From the IMG/VR virus record IMGVR_UViG_2529292836_000015: a stretch of DNA of 21,605 nt, one strand, 5' to 3'. Source of the DNA: a virus (lineage: Duplodnaviria; Heunggongvirae; Uroviricota; Caudoviricetes). This document shows, piece after piece, positions 7,633 through 16,388 of this stretch. A program made the translations under genes and the position numbers. Numbering within the stretch: position 1 is the first letter of the stretch; each line of letters starts with the position of its first letter. The notes under the pieces are model-generated. The model saw only the letters and a program-made list of their open reading frames with translations, did not search any database and had not been told where the DNA came from.

Positions 7633-7654
7633 CTTGTCCAACGTGTTGGACAAG
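7633..7654. promoter_or_regulatory. perfect 10-bp inverted repeat CTTGTCCAAC-GT-GTTGGACAAG (candidate operator or packaging-related protein-binding site)
   Basis: Read directly from the sequence. Lies in the bor-HNH intergenic region, about 120 bp upstream of the HNH ATG and about 80 bp upstream of the minus-strand mini-ORF. Confidence 0.4.
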
Positions 7655-7774
7655 CCTCTCCATTAGTGAGTTGTATTGATCACAACTCTACAAAGAATTC
7701 ATTACTGGGTAGATGAAAATAGTTTCACTATGAATGGAGGAGGCTATGTCGGTGGCTTCTTCATTGGAGTACAT

Positions 7775-8125
7775 ATGCCCCCACGAATCCCACGCGCCTG
7801 CCGTAAGCGTGGATGTGCAGGTACAACCACAGACAGTTCTGGTTACTGCGATAAACATCGTGGCGAAGGATGGGTACAGCATCAACGCGGACTGAGCCGC
7901 CACCAGCGTGGCTATGGCTCGAAATGGGATGCCATACGTGCGCGCATACTGAAGCGTGATAATCATCTGTGTCAGAACTGCCTGCGCAATGGGAGAGCCG
8001 TTGAAGCCAGAACTGTGGACCACATCATTCCGAAAGCTCATGGTGGCACGGATGCAGACAGTAACCTGCAGAGTCTGTGCTGGCCCTGTCATAAAGCAAA
8101 AACAGCGCGCGAACGCATCAATTGA
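7775..8125 (+). CDS. HNH endonuclease (terminase-associated)
   Basis: ATG at 7775 with GGAG SD. Cys pairs (CRKRGC...C..C) and the HNH core (DHIIPKAHGGTDADSNLQSLCWPCH). Immediately upstream of terS/terL, as usual for HK97-type packaging modules. Confidence 0.8.
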   Translation: MPPRIPRACRKRGCAGTTTDSSGYCDKHRGEGWVQHQRGLSRHQRGYGSKWDAIRARILKRDNHLCQNCLRNGRAVEARTVDHIIPKAHGGTDADSNLQSLCWPCHKAKTARERIN

Positions 8126-8272
8126 TAACAGTTCCCATCTGTAGGGGAGGGGCAGGTCAAATCTCTGCAACCCTGGCTGCTCAGTACCGCCGCCTGACCT
8201 TTCCTCGCATCGCCGCAGGTTCGAAAACTTTTTTTTGGAATGTGATTAAATGATTGATAGGTAAAACCGATT

Positions 8273-8755
8273 ATGTCAGGACCCCTGAAAACCCCGCCAC
8301 GCCTGCATTTGATACGAGGCAACCCCTCAAAGCGCCCCGTTAAAGACCCAAAAAAAACCGCTAAAAAGGATGAAAAATGTCTCCCTAAAATTCCGCAACA
8401 TTTAGGGTCGCAGGGGAAGTACTGGTTCAGGCGAATGGCGGAAGAACTGAATGCGGAAGGGATCATTTCTCAGCTTGATGCGCGTGCACTCGAGTTACTG
8501 GTGGAAGCCTACACCGAATACCGGCATCACTGCGAAACACTCGATGTTGAGGGGTATACCTACCGCACGGAAACGCAGAACGGTGATGTGCTGATTAAGG
8601 CACACCCGGCTGCTGCGATGAAAGCGGATGCCTGGAAGCGGATCCGGGCGATGCTTGCAGAATTTGGTATGTCACCGGCAAGCCGGGCGAAAGTAAATAC
8701 CGCCGGACCGGATGATGTTGATCCGCTGGCGGAGCTTTTAAAAGCGAGAGACTGA
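8273..8755 (+). CDS. terminase small subunit (P27 family)
   Basis: 160-aa ORF directly upstream of and overlapping the large terminase (TGATG). Basic N-terminus. Family call by recollection. Confidence 0.7.
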   Translation: MSGPLKTPPRLHLIRGNPSKRPVKDPKKTAKKDEKCLPKIPQHLGSQGKYWFRRMAEELNAEGIISQLDARALELLVEAYTEYRHHCETLDVEGYTYRTETQNGDVLIKAHPAAAMKADAWKRIRAMLAEFGMSPASRAKVNTAGPDDVDPLAELLKARD

Positions 8756-10512
8756 TGGCAAAAGTGGCTGACGGGATCCGCTACGCCGAACGTGTTGTTG
8801 CAGGAGAAATTGTCGCTGGCGAATTTGTCCGTCTGGCCTGTCAGCGTTTTCTTGATGATCTGAAGTACGGCGAAGAGCGGGGGATTTATTTTAGTGAACC
8901 CCGTGCGCAGCACATCCTTAATTTCTACAAATTTGTGCCCCATGTGAAAGGGGCGCTGGCAGGCCAGCCCATTGAACTGATGGACTGGCATGTATTTATC
9001 CTCATTAATATTTTTGGTTTTGTCATTCCGCTGGTGAATGAAGAGACCGGGGAAGTTGTCATGCGCAGCGATGGCAGCGGACGCCCGGTGATGGGGCGCC
9101 GGTTCCGGACGGCGTACAACGAAGTCGCCCGTAAAAACGCAAAATCAACCCTGTCATCGGGTATCGGTCTGTATATGACGGGGGCAGATGGTGAAGGTGG
9201 TGCTGAGGTGTATTCAGCCGCAACCACGCGTGATCAGGCCAGAATCGTGTTTGAAGACGCCAAAAATATGGTCAGAAAAGCCCGGTCGACACTCGGGCGG
9301 TTGTTTGACTTCAACAAGCTGGCGATTTACCAGGAGCAGAGCGCATCAAAATTTGAACCGCTTTCCTCGGATGCAAACAACCTGGACGGTCTGAACATCC
9401 ACTGCGCCATTATTGATGAGCTGCATGCTCATAAAACCCGTGACGTGTGGGACGTTCTGGAAACGGCAACCGGTGCCCGTCTGCAGTCTCTGTTATTTGG
9501 CATCACCACGGCTGGCTTTAACAAGGAAGGGATTTGCTACGAGCAGCGCGATTACGCCATTAAGGTATTGCGAGGCTATAACAGCGACGTGGAGGGCGCG
9601 GTAAAAGACGACTCCTACTTTGCGATCATTTACACGCTCGATGAGGGAGATGATCCGTTTGATGAAACGGTCTGGCAGAAAGCGAATCCTGGCCTGGGCA
9701 TCTGTAAACGCTGGGATGATCTGCGTCGTCTGGCGAAAAAAGCGAAGGAGCAGGTCTCTGCGCGGGGGAATTTTTTTACCAAACACATGAATGTGGGGGT
9801 CACTGCCGAATCTGCCTGGATGGATATGATTAAGTGGGAGAAGTGCGAATACATTGCTCCACAACATGAGCTGAAAACATATCCCATGTGGGTCGGCGTA
9901 GACCTTGCTCATAAGATTGATATCTGTGCGGCGGCAAAACTCTGGCGAACCGATAACGGACATGTTCATGCTGATTTTAAATTCTGGCTTCCGGAAGGAC
10001 GGCTGGAGCGATGCTCGCGGCAGCAGGCAGAACTTTACCGGAAGTGGGCGGAGATGGATAAGCTCATCCTGACGGATGGTGATGTTATCGATCATGCTCA
10101 GATAAAAAGTGACTTACTGGAATGGATTGGCGGTGAAAACCTCAGGGAACTGGGATTTGACCCGTGGAGCGCAATGCAGTTCAGCCTGGCACTGGCTGAA
10201 GAAGGGATACCGCTGGTGGAGGTTCCGCAGACGGTCCGCAATCTGTCAGAGGCCATGAAGGAAACGGAATCACTGGTTTATGCCGGGCGTTTCCATCACA
10301 GCAATCATCCGGTCATGAACTGGATGATGTCTAACGTTACGGTAAAACCGGACAAAAACGACAACATCTTCCCGAATAAATCCACGCCTGAAGCCAAAAT
10401 CGACGGCCCTGTTGCACTTTTTACGGCCATGAGCCGCTTTCTGGTAAATGGCGGGGGCGTGAATGACTTTCTGTCCACGCTTGATCCTGATGAGGACCTG
10501 TTAATTCTGTGA
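8755..10512 (+). CDS. terminase large subunit (ATPase/nuclease)
   Basis: 585-aa ORF with P-loop region RRFRTAYNEVARKNAKST, Walker B-like HCAIIDELH, and a C-terminal nuclease region. Sits between terS and portal. Confidence 0.85.
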   Translation: MAKVADGIRYAERVVAGEIVAGEFVRLACQRFLDDLKYGEERGIYFSEPRAQHILNFYKFVPHVKGALAGQPIELMDWHVFILINIFGFVIPLVNEETGEVVMRSDGSGRPVMGRRFRTAYNEVARKNAKSTLSSGIGLYMTGADGEGGAEVYSAATTRDQARIVFEDAKNMVRKARSTLGRLFDFNKLAIYQEQSASKFEPLSSDANNLDGLNIHCAIIDELHAHKTRDVWDVLETATGARLQSLLFGITTAGFNKEGICYEQRDYAIKVLRGYNSDVEGAVKDDSYFAIIYTLDEGDDPFDETVWQKANPGLGICKRWDDLRRLAKKAKEQVSARGNFFTKHMNVGVTAESAWMDMIKWEKCEYIAPQHELKTYPMWVGVDLAHKIDICAAAKLWRTDNGHVHADFKFWLPEGRLERCSRQQAELYRKWAEMDKLILTDGDVIDHAQIKSDLLEWIGGENLRELGFDPWSAMQFSLALAEEGIPLVEVPQTVRNLSEAMKETESLVYAGRFHHSNHPVMNWMMSNVTVKPDKNDNIFPNKSTPEAKIDGPVALFTAMSRFLVNGGGVNDFLSTLDPDEDLLIL

Positions 10513-10529
10513 AACAGCTTATTACTGAT

Positions 10530-10670
10530 ATGACCGGGCTGATCGGTTTCGGTTTGCTCACTGCTGGCGTTTATCTGTATGCAGGTCTGCCAGCGTCTCT
10601 GATGCTGTCGGGCTGTTTGTTGCTGCTTTATGCACTGGTGGTGTCCATGAGGAGAAAACATGCTTCTTGA
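10530..10670 (+). CDS. candidate small hydrophobic membrane protein between terminase and portal
   Basis: Frame open from GTG 10509 / ATG 10530 to TGA 10668..10670. Translation MTGLIGFGLLTAGVYLYAGLPASLMLSGCLLLLYALVVSMRRKHAS (two hydrophobic stretches). Overlaps the portal start by 11 nt. Below the track cutoff. Confidence 0.3.
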   Translation: MTGLIGFGLLTAGVYLYAGLPASLMLSGCLLLLYALVVSMRRKHAS

Positions 10671-11886
10671 TGCTCTGTTTCGCAGTGAGCCTCTGGAAAA
10701 TCCCTCGGTTCCGGTAACCGGAGAGGCCGCTGAGACGGATAATATTTTTGCCCGGGATGTGTATGTCAGTCCGGAAACATCCATGAAGCTGGCTGCTGTC
10801 TATGCCTGTATTTATGTTATTTCATCCAGTGTGGCTCAGATGCCCCTGCATGTGATGCGAAAAACGAATGAGCATGTTCAGCCTGCACGCGATCATCCGT
10901 TGTTCTGGCTCGTTCATGATGAACCGAATGCCTGGCAGACCAGCTATAAGTGGCGGGAACTGAAGCAGCGTCATGTGCTGGGGTGGGGCAATGGTTATAC
11001 GTGGGTAAAACGTAATCGTCGTGGAGAGGTTACCAGCCTTGAATGCTGTATGCCATGGGAAACTACGTTACTTAACACCGGTGGGCGTCATACTTACGGG
11101 GTGTATAACGAAGAGGGTGCATTTGCGGTAAGTCCGGACGACATGATCCATATCAGGGCGCTGGGAAACAATCAGAAAATGGGACTGAGCCCGATCATGC
11201 AGCATGCTGAAACCATTGGTATGGGAATGAGTGGCCAGCAGTATACCAGCGCCTTTTTTAACGGTAATGCCCGTCCTGCCGGTATTATTTCTGTGAAAAA
11301 TGAACTGAACGAACAAAGCTGGGGCAGGCTTAAAAATATGTGGCAGCGGGCGGTGACAGCGCTTCGCAGCCAGGAAAATAAAACCATGTTGCTGCCTGCG
11401 CAACTGGATTACCGCGCTCTGACAGTTTCTCCGGTGGATGCTCAGATCATTGATATGACCAAGCTGAACCGGTCGATGATTGCCGGGATTTTTAATGTCC
11501 CGGCGCACATGATTAATGACCTGGAAAAAGCCACATTTTCGAATATTACGCAGCAGGCGATTCAGTTTGTTCGCTACACGATGATGCCCTGGGTTGCGAA
11601 CTGGGAGCAGGAGCTTAACCGTCGCCTGTTTACCCGTACAGAACGGGCTGCCGGGTATTACGTTCGTTTCAACCTCACGGGGTTGCTCCGTGGGACCCCA
11701 CAGGAGCGTGCGCAGTTCTATCACTTTGCCATTACAGATGGCTGGATGAGTCGGAATGAAGCCAGGGTATTTGAGGATATGAACCCGGTTGACGGTCTGG
11801 ATGAAATGCTGGTCAGCGTAAATGCAGCAAATCCGTTGAATAACTTTAAAGATACGAAAGGCAAAGAGGAAAAGAACGATGAATGA
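10660..11886 (+). CDS. portal protein (HK97 family)
   Basis: 408-aa ORF with AGGAGA SD, following the terminase and overlapping the prohead protease start. Sequence is typical of HK97-type portals as recalled. Confidence 0.85.
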   Translation: MLLDALFRSEPLENPSVPVTGEAAETDNIFARDVYVSPETSMKLAAVYACIYVISSSVAQMPLHVMRKTNEHVQPARDHPLFWLVHDEPNAWQTSYKWRELKQRHVLGWGNGYTWVKRNRRGEVTSLECCMPWETTLLNTGGRHTYGVYNEEGAFAVSPDDMIHIRALGNNQKMGLSPIMQHAETIGMGMSGQQYTSAFFNGNARPAGIISVKNELNEQSWGRLKNMWQRAVTALRSQENKTMLLPAQLDYRALTVSPVDAQIIDMTKLNRSMIAGIFNVPAHMINDLEKATFSNITQQAIQFVRYTMMPWVANWEQELNRRLFTRTERAAGYYVRFNLTGLLRGTPQERAQFYHFAITDGWMSRNEARVFEDMNPVDGLDEMLVSVNAANPLNNFKDTKGKEEKNDE

Positions 11887-12478
11887 CCGTGAAACGCGCT
11901 GTTACAGCGGGGAGGTGCGGGCGGAACAATATGATAATGCCCCGACCCACATTCTGGGGTATGGCTCGGTATTTAACAGTCGTTCAGAACCTCTGTGGGG
12001 ATTTCGTGAAATCATCAAGCCGGGGGCTTTTGATGATGTACTGAATGATGATGTACGTGGCTTGTTTAATCATGATCCTAATTTCATTCTCGGACGAAGT
12101 TCTGCCGGCACGTTGTCATTGTCGGTGGATGAACGCGGTTTACGTTATGACATTGTTGCACCGGATACTCCGACTATTTGTGACCTGGTGCTGTCTCCAA
12201 TGTTGCGTGGTGACATTAATCAGTCCTCGTTCGCGTTTCGTGTCGCCCGTGACGGAGAGAGCTGGTATGAAGACGACGAGGGGATTGTTATCCGGGAAAT
12301 CACGCGCATTTCTCGTCTGTATGACGTCAGCCCGGTGACATATCCGGCCTATCAGGACGCAGACTCTGGTGTCCGCTCAATGAAAGCCTGGCAGGAAGCG
12401 CGGGCGAGTGGTGCGCTGAAGAAAGCTGTTAACGAACGAATGGCGCGTGAGCGTCTTTTGACCCTTCTTAATGCATAA
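11879..12478 (+). CDS. prohead maturation protease (HK97 family, S78-like)
   Basis: 199-aa ORF between portal and major capsid. Start overlaps the portal stop. Confidence 0.8.
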   Translation: MNDRETRCYSGEVRAEQYDNAPTHILGYGSVFNSRSEPLWGFREIIKPGAFDDVLNDDVRGLFNHDPNFILGRSSAGTLSLSVDERGLRYDIVAPDTPTICDLVLSPMLRGDINQSSFAFRVARDGESWYEDDEGIVIREITRISRLYDVSPVTYPAYQDADSGVRSMKAWQEARASGALKKAVNERMARERLLTLLNA

Positions 12479-12492
12479 GGATACTACTGACG

Positions 12493-13710
12493 ATGAAACT
12501 TCATGAGATGAAGCAAAAACGAAACACCATTGCAAAGGATATGCGTGCACTGCATGAAAAAATTGGTGATAACGCATGGACTGATGAGCAACGGGCAGAG
12601 TGGAACAGGGCGAAAGCTGAGCTGGATGCGCTGGATGAGCAAATCGCCCGTGAAGAAGAGTTGCGCCGTCAGGATCAGGCATATGTGGATGAGTCCGGGC
12701 CGGAAGAGCGCCAGAATAATGAGGCGGAGAACGGGAAAAAGGCGGTGGAAGAGAAGCGCGCTGCGGCATTTAACCGTTTTCTGCGTGCCGGATTTGCAGA
12801 ACTGAATGCTGAAGAGCGTAATCTGATGCGTGAACTGCGGGCTCAGAGTGTAACAACGGATTCTCAGGGCGGATATACGGTGCCCACGCAGATGCGTAAC
12901 AAAATCATTGACACCATGAAGGCTTATGGCGGGATTGCCAGTGTGGCGCAACTTCTGACCACATCAACCGGGCAGGATATCACCTGGTCAACGTCTGATG
13001 GCACGACTGAAGAGGGCGAACTGCTGGCGGAGAATACAGCCGCAACGGAACAGGATGTGACGTTCGGGACCGCTATTCTGGGGGCTAAAAAGCTGTCATC
13101 AAAAATAATTCGTGTGTCCAATGAGCTGCTCCAGGACAGTGGGGTGGATATTGAATCTTATCTGGCAAACCGTATTGCCCAGCGTATTGGTCGTGGAGAG
13201 GCAAAATATCTGGTTCAGGGGACCGGAACGGGATCACCGTTACAGCCAAAAGGGCTGGCAGCGTCGGTGACGGGAACCATCCAGACTGCAGCCTCTGCCG
13301 CTTTCACCTGGAAAGAAATGAATGCCCTGAAACATGCTATTGATCCGGCATATCGTGGTGGGCCGAAATACCGCTGGGCATTCAATGATGCCACATTGCA
13401 GACTATTGAAGAGATGGAGGATGGACAGAAACGCCCGTTATGGCTGCCGGATATTGCAGGCGGTACGCCGGCTACTGTGCTGGGGATCCCTTATGTTATT
13501 GATCAGGCTATTGACGGGATTGGTACCGGAAAAAAATTCATTTTCCTGGGGGATTTCAACCGCTTTATTATTCGCCGCGTTACTTATATGGAACTGAAAC
13601 GTCTGGTTGAGCGTTATGCTGAGTTTGATCAGGTGGCATTTCTGGCTTTCCATCGTTTTGACTGTGTGCTGGAAGATGTGGCAGCCATCAAGGCGCTCAC
13701 TGGCAAATAA
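12493..13710 (+). CDS. major capsid protein (HK97 fold) with N-terminal coiled-coil scaffold (delta) domain
   Basis: 405-aa ORF. N-terminal ~100 aa charged coiled-coil (KAELDALDEQIAREEELRRQDQ...), then capsid domain. Followed by an intrinsic terminator. Confidence 0.85.
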   Translation: MKLHEMKQKRNTIAKDMRALHEKIGDNAWTDEQRAEWNRAKAELDALDEQIAREEELRRQDQAYVDESGPEERQNNEAENGKKAVEEKRAAAFNRFLRAGFAELNAEERNLMRELRAQSVTTDSQGGYTVPTQMRNKIIDTMKAYGGIASVAQLLTTSTGQDITWSTSDGTTEEGELLAENTAATEQDVTFGTAILGAKKLSSKIIRVSNELLQDSGVDIESYLANRIAQRIGRGEAKYLVQGTGTGSPLQPKGLAASVTGTIQTAASAAFTWKEMNALKHAIDPAYRGGPKYRWAFNDATLQTIEEMEDGQKRPLWLPDIAGGTPATVLGIPYVIDQAIDGIGTGKKFIFLGDFNRFIIRRVTYMELKRLVERYAEFDQVAFLAFHRFDCVLEDVAAIKALTGK

Positions 13711-13731
13711 CCACTCGTTGTTCAGTTACAG

Positions 13732-13753
13732 ACCGCGCCGACGCGGTTTTTTT
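13732..13753 (+). terminator. intrinsic terminator after the major capsid gene
   Basis: ACCGCG-CCGA-CGCGGT stem-loop followed by T7. Confidence 0.6.
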
Positions 13754-13786
13754 ATGCCCGCACAGTGTTGCGGGCAGGAGTTTCTG

Positions 13787-14104
13787 ATGGCAGCAATAGT
13801 GGAAAAACTCAGGGCGCAGTGCCGTATTGATACAGATGATGCAACTGATGATGAGTTACTGATGCTGTATTTCCGGGCTGCCTGCCGCAAGGCAGAAAAT
13901 TTTATCAACCGTAAGCTTTATGAGGAGACGGTGCCGGAAGGTGATCCTGAAGGGGTGCTTATAGCTGATGATGTTTTGCTGGCGCTCATGTTGCTGGTCG
14001 GGCACTGGCACGAAAACCGGGAAAATTCCTCAGATGTCAGCAAGGCACCAGTCCCGTTTGGTTTTTCTTCTCTGCTGGAGCCTTATCGTTTTATTCCTTT
14101 GTAG
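13787..14104 (+). CDS. head-tail connector protein (gp6-like)
   Basis: ATG at 13787 preceded by AGGAG. 105 aa. First gene after the capsid gene. Confidence 0.65.
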   Translation: MAAIVEKLRAQCRIDTDDATDDELLMLYFRAACRKAENFINRKLYEETVPEGDPEGVLIADDVLLALMLLVGHWHENRENSSDVSKAPVPFGFSSLLEPYRFIPL

Positions 14105-14112
14105 GAGGAGAG

Positions 14113-14451
14113 ATGCAGGCGGGCAGATTACGTGATCGCGTAATTATTCTGAATGTCACCACCGCCCGCTCTCCGTCAGGGCATCCGGTGGAGACGGTGA
14201 CGGAGGGAGCTACCGTATGGGCAGAAGTTAAGGGTATCAGCGGGAGGGAGATAATCTCAGGCGGAGCAGAAACCGCTCAGGCTACGGTCAGAGTCTGGAT
14301 GAGATTCCGGCGCGATGTGACAGCGACTTCACGTCTGAAAGTGCTGACCGGTGCATTTAAAGGGGCCATTCTGGGTATAGAAGGTCCACCAATACCGGAT
14401 GCACGCGCTACCCGGCTTGAAATACTCTGCAGCCTGAAGGGGAATGTGTGA
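14113..14451 (+). CDS. head closure / head-tail joining protein
   Basis: 112-aa ORF with AGGAGGA SD, in the conserved position. Confidence 0.65.
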   Translation: MQAGRLRDRVIILNVTTARSPSGHPVETVTEGATVWAEVKGISGREIISGGAETAQATVRVWMRFRRDVTATSRLKVLTGAFKGAILGIEGPPIPDARATRLEILCSLKGNV

Positions 14452-14897
14452 TGGATTTCAGTCTTGATTTTTCCGGCCTGGCGGATATTGCACGGGATTT
14501 GGAGACGCTCAGCAGGGCAGAAAACAATAAGGTTCTGCGCGATGCCACCCGTGCCGGTGCTGAAGTTATGCGGGATGCAGTTGTTGAACGTGCGCCGGAG
14601 CGAACCGGGAAACTGAAGAAAAATGTGGTTGTTCTCACTCAGCGTTCAAAGCGTCGGGGGGAAATTATCTCGGGTGTCCACATTCGCGGACGGAACCTGC
14701 GAACCGGAAACAGTGATAACAGCATGAAAGCCAGCGATCCCCGAAATGCATTTTACTGGCGCTTTGTGGAGCTGGGAACGATAAACATGCCCGCGCATCC
14801 ATTCATTCGCCCGGCTTTCGATACGACAGAGGAGCTGGCGGCGCAGGTTGCCATACAGCGAATGAATCAGGCTATTGATGAGGTCTTAAGTAAATGA
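14448..14897 (+). CDS. tail component protein (HK97 gp10-like)
   Basis: 149-aa ORF. Start (GTG 14448 or ATG 14451) overlaps the upstream stop. Conserved order. Confidence 0.65.
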   Translation: MMDFSLDFSGLADIARDLETLSRAENNKVLRDATRAGAEVMRDAVVERAPERTGKLKKNVVVLTQRSKRRGEIISGVHIRGRNLRTGNSDNSMKASDPRNAFYWRFVELGTINMPAHPFIRPAFDTTEELAAQVAIQRMNQAIDEVLSK

Positions 14898-15238
14898 GGG
14901 AGGCCACACTGTATTCCCTGTTGTCTCAGCTGGCCGGAGGACAGGTTTATCCTTATGTGGTCCCGCTGACGGAGGGAAAGCCTGCGGTATCTCCGCCGTG
15001 GCTGGTGTTTTCTGTGGTGTCTGACACGGCATCTGATGTGCTTGATGGGCAGGCTGAATCCAGAATTACCGTGCAGATCGATGTCTGGGCGACAGTACCT
15101 GATGACGCAGATAATATTCGTGAGCAGGCGCTTGATGCGGTAAGGAAACTGGCACCCTCCGTTATTTCTAAAACGCAGGGTTATGATCCTGATTCCCGTC
15201 TGAGCAGAGCCACGCTTGAATTTCAGGTAATAGCCTGA
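14894..15238 (+). CDS. tail completion / tail terminator protein (U-like)
   Basis: 114-aa ORF overlapping the upstream stop (ATGA), immediately before the major tail gene. Confidence 0.6.
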   Translation: MREATLYSLLSQLAGGQVYPYVVPLTEGKPAVSPPWLVFSVVSDTASDVLDGQAESRITVQIDVWATVPDDADNIREQALDAVRKLAPSVISKTQGYDPDSRLSRATLEFQVIA

Positions 15239-15255
15239 GGTCGTTAATGATTTTA

Positions 15256-15285
15256 CCCACCCGCCGCTGGCGGGTTTTTTATTTT
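15256..15285 (+). terminator. intrinsic terminator-like hairpin upstream of the major tail gene
   Basis: CCCGCC-GCT-GGCGGG stem followed by TTTTTTATTTT. Confidence 0.5.
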
Positions 15286-15297
15286 CAGGAGACGAGT

Positions 15298-16002
15298 ATG
15301 TCCTCTAATTTTGAGCGTTCGCAACTGACGAAAATTATGATTTCGTCTGCACCGGTAACAGCAGAAACCCTGGATTCTGCCAGCTATCTTGGCCTGAGCT
15401 GTACAATCAAAGAAGTGCAGTTTACCGCTGGACAAAAGCAGGATATTGATGTCACCACGCTGTGTTCTGTTGAGCAGGAAAATATTAACGGTCTTGGTGC
15501 CGCGTCAGAGATTTCCATGTCAGGCAACTTTTACCTCAATGCTGCCCAGAATGCGTTGCGCAGTGCCTATGACAATGACACCACGTATGGCTTTAAAGTT
15601 ATTTTTCCGTCAGGCAACGGATTTACCTTTATGGCAGAAGTGCGTCAGCATACCTGGTCTGCAGGAACCAATGGTGTTGTGGCTGTAACGTTTTCCCTGC
15701 GTCTGAAAGGCAAACCTGTGCTGACGACAGCTTCGCTGAAAGTGAAGGTTGATTTAAAAAGCACGCTGCGGGTTGCTTCCGGAGCGAAACTTGAAATGGC
15801 GGTTGAGGCTGCGGGTGGTGTGCCGCCTTATTCTTATGTCTGGAAGAAAGGTGGTTCTCCTGTTTCCGGACAGACGGCGGCAACGTTCAGTAAGGCATCA
15901 GCATCATCCGGTGATGCGGGTGCGTATACCTGCGAGATTTCTGATTCAGCGAGCCCGGTTAACAAAGTGACCTCCACTTCCTGCACTGTAACCGTCAGTT
16001 AA
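15298..16002 (+). CDS. major tail tube protein (V-like) with C-terminal Ig-like domain
   Basis: ATG at 15298 preceded by CAGGAGACGAG. N-terminal tube domain, then a C-terminal ~90 aa Ig-like segment (LKVKVDLKSTLRVASGAKLEMAVEAAGGVPPYSYVWKKGG...CTVTVS). Confidence 0.8.
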   Translation: MSSNFERSQLTKIMISSAPVTAETLDSASYLGLSCTIKEVQFTAGQKQDIDVTTLCSVEQENINGLGAASEISMSGNFYLNAAQNALRSAYDNDTTYGFKVIFPSGNGFTFMAEVRQHTWSAGTNGVVAVTFSLRLKGKPVLTTASLKVKVDLKSTLRVASGAKLEMAVEAAGGVPPYSYVWKKGGSPVSGQTAATFSKASASSGDAGAYTCEISDSASPVNKVTSTSCTVTVS

Positions 16003-16388
16003 TGAGGATGGATGTGATGACTAAAAATATCCGTAATCTGGCACTGGCAACGATGTCGGGGTTTCGCCATAAAACCGTTGATGTGCCTGAATGGGAGGGA
16101 GCAACGGTTGTGTTACGGGAACCTTCTGCAGAAGCCTGGTTGCGCTGGCAGGAGATCGTTAAAGCAAAAGATGATGAGACACCGTTATCCGTTGCGGAGC
16201 GCGCCCGCCGAAATCTGGAGGCAGATGTTGAACTGTTCATTGATGTTCTGTGTGATACCGGACTGCAACCCGTATTTTCAGAGGATGATCGTGAACAGGT
16301 GATTGCCGTGTATGGCCCGGTGCATGCGCGGCTTCTTCGGCAGTCTCTGGAACTGATCAGTGATGCCGGCGAGGTTAAAAAAAAGTAG
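16002..16388 (+). CDS. G: tail assembly chaperone G (zero-frame product)
   Basis: ORF ends ...GEVKKK-TAG with the slippery run at its 3' end. Likely start ATG 16017 (GAGGATGG upstream) or 16002. Precedes the T-frame ORF and the tape measure gene. Confidence 0.75.
   Translation: MRMDVMTKNIRNLALATMSGFRHKTVDVPEWEGATVVLREPSAEAWLRWQEIVKAKDDETPLSVAERARRNLEADVELFIDVLCDTGLQPVFSEDDREQVIAVYGPVHARLLRQSLELISDAGEVKKK
16379..16385 (+). other. programmed -1 ribosomal frameshift slippery heptamer A_AAA_AAG (G/G-T)
   Basis: Zero-frame codons AAA(16377) AAA(16380) AAG(16383) TAG(16386). A -1 slip enters the frame of ORF 16400..16690. Confidence 0.75.

Noticed and set aside
7676-7774. N-terminal extension of the HNH ORF from a TTG start (MITTLQRIHYWVDENSF...)
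   Set aside because: The ATG at 7775 has a GGAG SD and begins the conserved Cys-rich HNH region; the extension is probably untranslated leader.
8186-8226. Resemblance to lambda cos (GCCGCC..GACCT; CAGGTTCG) and to a tRNA T-arm (GGTTCGAA)
   Set aside because: No exact match to lambda cosN (GGGCGGCGACCT); no acceptor stem, anticodon arm or CCA end for a tRNA. Treated as chance GC-rich similarity.
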